Shown here piece by piece: positions 60,011 to 64,000 of a stretch of DNA of 64,000 nucleotides. Below the pieces are notes generated by a model that worked only from the letters and a program-made list of their open reading frames with translations, was not told the origin of the DNA and did no database searches. The first letter of the stretch is position 1. Each line of letters begins with the position of its first letter. The stretch comes from Kiritimatiellia bacterium. GTDB taxonomy: Bacteria; Verrucomicrobiota; Kiritimatiellia; RFP12; UBA1067. A program made the translations under genes and the position numbers. Location of the stretch: the NCBI GenBank assembly GCA_050949565.1, contig JBMNFY010000011.1, positions 70,334 through 134,333 on the forward strand, written 5' to 3'.

Positions 60011-62543
60011 CGGTCAGCGACTGGACGAAATCGTCGAACGTTACATTCGCATCCTTGGGCTTAAAGGTCAGAGTGATCGGACGCCCCGGGAAGAGCGCGA
60101 AGCTGTTGTCGCTAAACTCCCCGCGGATACCCTCCGCATTCACCCAAACGTAGAAGGCCGGCTTATCGGTCGTCAGTGTGATGGTCCACTGTCCCTGCCG
60201 GTCGGCGGGAATTGCGTCCACCAGCGCATCGCCCAGCGCATGGCGCTTGTAGGCGTGGAAGAACCACTCGTTCCGGTGCGTCACCGTGTTCCCGGCAACA
60301 TCGCCGCGCAGCACGATTTCGAGAAAACGGTCGATACGTTCCGTGTCATCACCGAATTGCGACAGCGGGAACTTGCCGAGCATTTTGGCGGAGTGCGGTG
60401 CCAGTTCGGCCGGCAACTCTACCCCGTCGAAGCGTTTCCCATCGAATTCCCACACCTCGACCGTCGCAGTGGCGGCGACAGTCTCAGCGTTGTCGTTTAT
60501 CGCCCAGAATTCAAGGTTCGAGCCCTGATCGACCGGAATGGTCATCACAGCCAACGGCGCGTAAAAGCGCCGGGCGTGATAGTGCAGGTGCTTCCACTTG
60601 CCGCCGTACTCGAGGCTTGACCACGAGGCCACCGGCCAGTTGTCGTTAAGCTGCCAATAGAGCGTGCCCATGCAACGCGGTTGCAACCGACGCCACGCCT
60701 CGACCGCCGTCTTGATCGCCAGTGCCTGTTGCACCTGTGAAAGGTAGAGCACGTTATCAAAGCCCGCAGGGAAGCGGAAATAACGCGCCATGGTCTCCAG
60801 CATACGCGCGTTGCCGCCGCGATTTTTCTGGTGATGCTCAAAATCAGGTGCCGTCGGATTCATCTGATCCGGCCCGACAAAGGTTTTCGCCACTTCCGGC
60901 GAAGAGAAGGACTGATACCCGAACTCCGAACAGAAACGCGGCCTGTAGGTGTAATACGCGGAGAAATCCTTATTCTCGTGCCACACGGTCCAGTTGTGCA
61001 TATCGCCGCGGCTGTCATCGTGCCACGCATCGCCGAAGTCGCCAGGCCCCGAGCAAGGCGAAGAGGGCCAGAAGGTGCGGTTGGGGTCGTATGTCTCCAC
61101 CGTCTCGGCCAGCACGCGGCTGAGGCGGTCGTAGTTGATCAGATAACGATCGCGGTTTTTGCGGCTCGGCTCAAACCAAGTAAGCGCGCCGATGCACTCG
61201 TTGTCGCCGCACCAGAGCGCGATGCAGGTGTGGTCACGCAGACGGCGCAACTGATGGGACAGTTCCGCGCGCACTTCGTCCAGAAACGCACGGTCTGCGG
61301 GGTACAGCGCACACGAGAACATGAAGTCGTGCCACACCATCAACCCCAGTTCATCGCAAATCTCATAGAAATCGTCGTCCTCAAATTGACCGCCGCCCCA
61401 CAGGCGGATCATGTTCATGTTCGCATCGCGCGCCGACTCCAGCAGGTCGCGGTAGCGCTCAGGCGTCTGGCGTTCGGGCAGGGCGTCGCACGGTATCCAA
61501 TTCGCCCCTTTGCAGAAGAGGTCCACCCCGTTCACGCGGAACGTCATGCTCATGCCCGGCCGCGCCGACTTGTCACCGGGGTCGGGTTGATTGATCACCT
61601 CGATCGTCCGCAATCCCAGCCGCCGCGTCAACGTATCCGCGCCGACCGTCACCTTGAGGTCATAGAGGTGCTGATCCCCCGCGCCATTCGGCCACCACAG
61701 CTTCGGCCGCACGACCACCACCGTCGCCGAGACGCGATTCGCGCCAGGCTTCAGCATCACCGGCTGCGCCACGCGCGCCTCGCCGAGCGCCACCGCCAGC
61801 GTGCTTTCGCCGCCGTCGGCAGAGGTCACCTCCGCTGTGACCGTCACCTCGCACACGTCGGGACGGTGAACCTGATCGCAATAGACATAATCGATGCGTG
61901 CGAGATCGCTGCCCAGCAACTTCACGGGCCCCGCGAAACCGGTGGCCATCACCGCAATACCCCAGTCCCAACCGCCGTGACAAGCGGGTTTGCGGATCAG
62001 GTTAATGTGCGGTACCCGTCCGTTGTCCACCATCGGGATCGGATAGCTGAGTGCGTCGCCGCGCTCCTCCGTGATCTGCTCCGCACTACGGAACAGCGCC
62101 GTGATCATGTTGCGTCCCGGCCGTAACAACGGCTTGACCTCAAAATCATACCGGCGGAAACGATTGCCGGTCTCTCCGACCTTCCGACCGTTGATCGCGA
62201 GTTCGCAGAAGGTGTCCACGTGCTCCAGACGCAGGATCACCGACTGGCACTCCAGCAAGGTGGTCGGCACCTCGAACGACCGTTCCGCCAGCCACGCCTT
62301 CTGTCCCACCCACTGTATATCCATCTCATTCGCGCCGAAATACGGATCAGGGATGCGGCCAGCCGCCAACAAAGCACTGTGTACGTCGCCGGGTACATTC
62401 AGCGGTACGGCCGGCTGTTCGCCATCGGCCAGACGCACGGACCAGACACCCGCCAGATCGACACTCACGGTTGCACCGGCCATCTGAACTGCCAATGCCA
62501 CACAACCCCATACCAAACACCAAGCAAACCGCATCGTCCTCAT
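59985..62543 (-). CDS. Beta-mannosidase, GH2
   Basis: GWDWG, KGANWIP, RLWGGG, WCGDNE, CSEFG, YWQLND. Confidence 0.9.
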   Translation of the reverse strand: MRTMRFAWCLVWGCVALAVQMAGATVSVDLAGVWSVRLADGEQPAVPLNVPGDVHSALLAAGRIPDPYFGANEMDIQWVGQKAWLAERSFEVPTTLLECQSVILRLEHVDTFCELAINGRKVGETGNRFRRYDFEVKPLLRPGRNMITALFRSAEQITEERGDALSYPIPMVDNGRVPHINLIRKPACHGGWDWGIAVMATGFAGPVKLLGSDLARIDYVYCDQVHRPDVCEVTVTAEVTSADGGESTLAVALGEARVAQPVMLKPGANRVSATVVVVRPKLWWPNGAGDQHLYDLKVTVGADTLTRRLGLRTIEVINQPDPGDKSARPGMSMTFRVNGVDLFCKGANWIPCDALPERQTPERYRDLLESARDANMNMIRLWGGGQFEDDDFYEICDELGLMVWHDFMFSCALYPADRAFLDEVRAELSHQLRRLRDHTCIALWCGDNECIGALTWFEPSRKNRDRYLINYDRLSRVLAETVETYDPNRTFWPSSPCSGPGDFGDAWHDDSRGDMHNWTVWHENKDFSAYYTYRPRFCSEFGYQSFSSPEVAKTFVGPDQMNPTAPDFEHHQKNRGGNARMLETMARYFRFPAGFDNVLYLSQVQQALAIKTAVEAWRRLQPRCMGTLYWQLNDNWPVASWSSLEYGGKWKHLHYHARRFYAPLAVMTIPVDQGSNLEFWAINDNAETVAATATVEVWEFDGKRFDGVELPAELAPHSAKMLGKFPLSQFGDDTERIDRFLEIVLRGDVAGNTVTHRNEWFFHAYKRHALGDALVDAIPADRQGQWTITLTTDKPAFYVWVNAEGIRGEFSDNSFALFPGRPITLTFKPKDANVTFDDFVQSLTVKHLRQTY

Positions 62544-62673
62544 TCTTCGTCATCTCCCCCTTGATCACTGCCCCCACGGGCCGACTCCGTCGGCGGCCTA
62601 GAAAACAGCCGCGCATGGTTAAGGTAAATGATTGCCGGCCCCGCCGTCAATTGAAACTCGGCAACTCGGCGAG

Positions 62674-63959
62674 TCAGGAACCCCCGTTCCCGTCCGAGAC
62701 AAAGATCTCCGCCTCGCCGATATCCATCGGATAAGCGCCATCGCAGGCCGGGACGCGTGTGCCGTTCTTTCGCACGTACTTCACGCCGGGCGCGAACGTC
62801 GCCGTGAACACAGACACCGCATTGGGATCGCGGTTAACAACCACGAACACCTCCCGCGAACCCTTCCGCAGAACCGAGACCAGCAGGTCGCCGTCCGGCA
62901 CGAACGACGTCACAAAGCCCGGGAGATCCCTTCGGGCGTCAAAGGCCAACGTTCCTTGAGGAATGTTTCCTGCGTGTCGGATGCGCACCGGCACCGAACC
63001 GAGGAAGACATCAGCACGCGCTTGCAACTCGCGATTGACCTCCGCCATCCGCCAGTAGGAGGGATTGATCCGACCCTCTGGGGACAGCGGGGCACCGTCC
63101 AGAAGGTAATTCTCGACGCTCTGGGCGCGAGGACAGAAATCGTAGTACTGCAATCCCTGGGCACCATAGGCGAGGTTTGAATACTGCTGTAACTTCAGGT
63201 GCGCGACCGTCGGCATCGGGTTGTCGAACGCCTTGTGGTTCCGGATGGGAACAACCGCCGCAAACGCCCAGAACGGAACGTCCGTCCGACACGAACGCTC
63301 AGACACAGCTTCCAGCGTAGCATACCAGTCCTTGCGCAAAACGAGTGGCGACTTCGCACGCGTCAGTGGACGGGAAAACCGTGCGGCGTAGATTGGATAG
63401 ACATCGAACGTATAGAGCCCGGCTGGCACTTCACGGATGGACGTGTCCAGATACTCGTCGAAGGTCTCGACACCATACCAGCGCTTCATATCATCGACAA
63501 TCCCGAACCAATTCATATACACGGGGTGTGCGTCATCGACCGCCCGAATCCGTCGCGTAATCGCGCCCAGCTCCTTCATTTTCTGAACGGGAGGTTCGTC
63601 CGCCAGATAGTAGGCAGCAAGCGCCGGATGATTCTTGATCTGCGGAATGACCTTCTCCGGATCACCGACCACCGTCGGGCTGTGTAACAGGAGCCGGATG
63701 CCCGCCTCTTCAGCCGCATCCAGACATTTCCTGATTCCGTCGAGGCCCTCCACCCACTGGATCGTATGGTTACAACCGCAATCGCGGATCAGACGATAAT
63801 GCGCCGCATCCACCTCAGACGACTTGAACGGCCACCCCCACGCCACGATCGGCATCTCATCGGCCACACGTTTAACATGACTTCGGCATACACCGAACCA
63901 GCAAGCGCCAAGGCGACAACCACCCATCGAGCAAGCGCAAAAAGTCGTTTCCCAAACAT
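62674..63959 (-). pseudogene. Secreted glycoside hydrolase-like hypothetical protein, apparently frameshifted near 63875
   Basis: Signal peptide MFGKRLFALARWVVVALALAGSVYA lies in ORF 63789-63983 while the body (EMPIVAW, YYLADEP, FDVYP, LAYGAQG) lies in ORF 62674-63927. Confidence 0.55.
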
Positions 63960-64000
63960 CGAGATACTCACTTCGTTGTTCACATCGTAGCGGAACTTCT

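Overview
High-GC bacterial chromosomal window, most consistent with a PVC-superphylum organism. This is inferred from mcsA-mcsB-clpC without ctsR, rpsP-trmD-rplS without rimM, PVC-style AddAB and many secreted glycan-active proteins; Kiritimatiellae/Lentisphaerae-like is a guess. It encodes housekeeping genes (leuS, pckG, uppP, clpC, rpsP, trmD, rplS, ybeY, uvrA, gyrA, tRNA-Leu-TAA, addAB) and carbohydrate enzymes (GH109, GH2 beta-mannosidase, beta-helix proteins, a Gfo/TIM/HAD/PfkB/SIS/ROK sugar operon). It also carries two complete IS elements with recognisable IRs and target duplications (IS4, IS5), a MazEF-like TA pair and a deleted restriction-modification remnant. The most striking feature is non-coding: most long intergenic gaps are mosaics built from at least 14 recurring short-repeat modules (6-, 7-, 8-, 9- and 14-bp periodic arrays plus REP-like hairpins). 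These modules recur in conserved order, nest inside one another, pair as inverted ends with swapped arms, often supply the stop codon of the adjacent gene, and surround the small accessory genes (TA pair, orphan, RM remnant, IS5). This looks like a modular repeat/cassette system whose enzymes are not encoded in this window.
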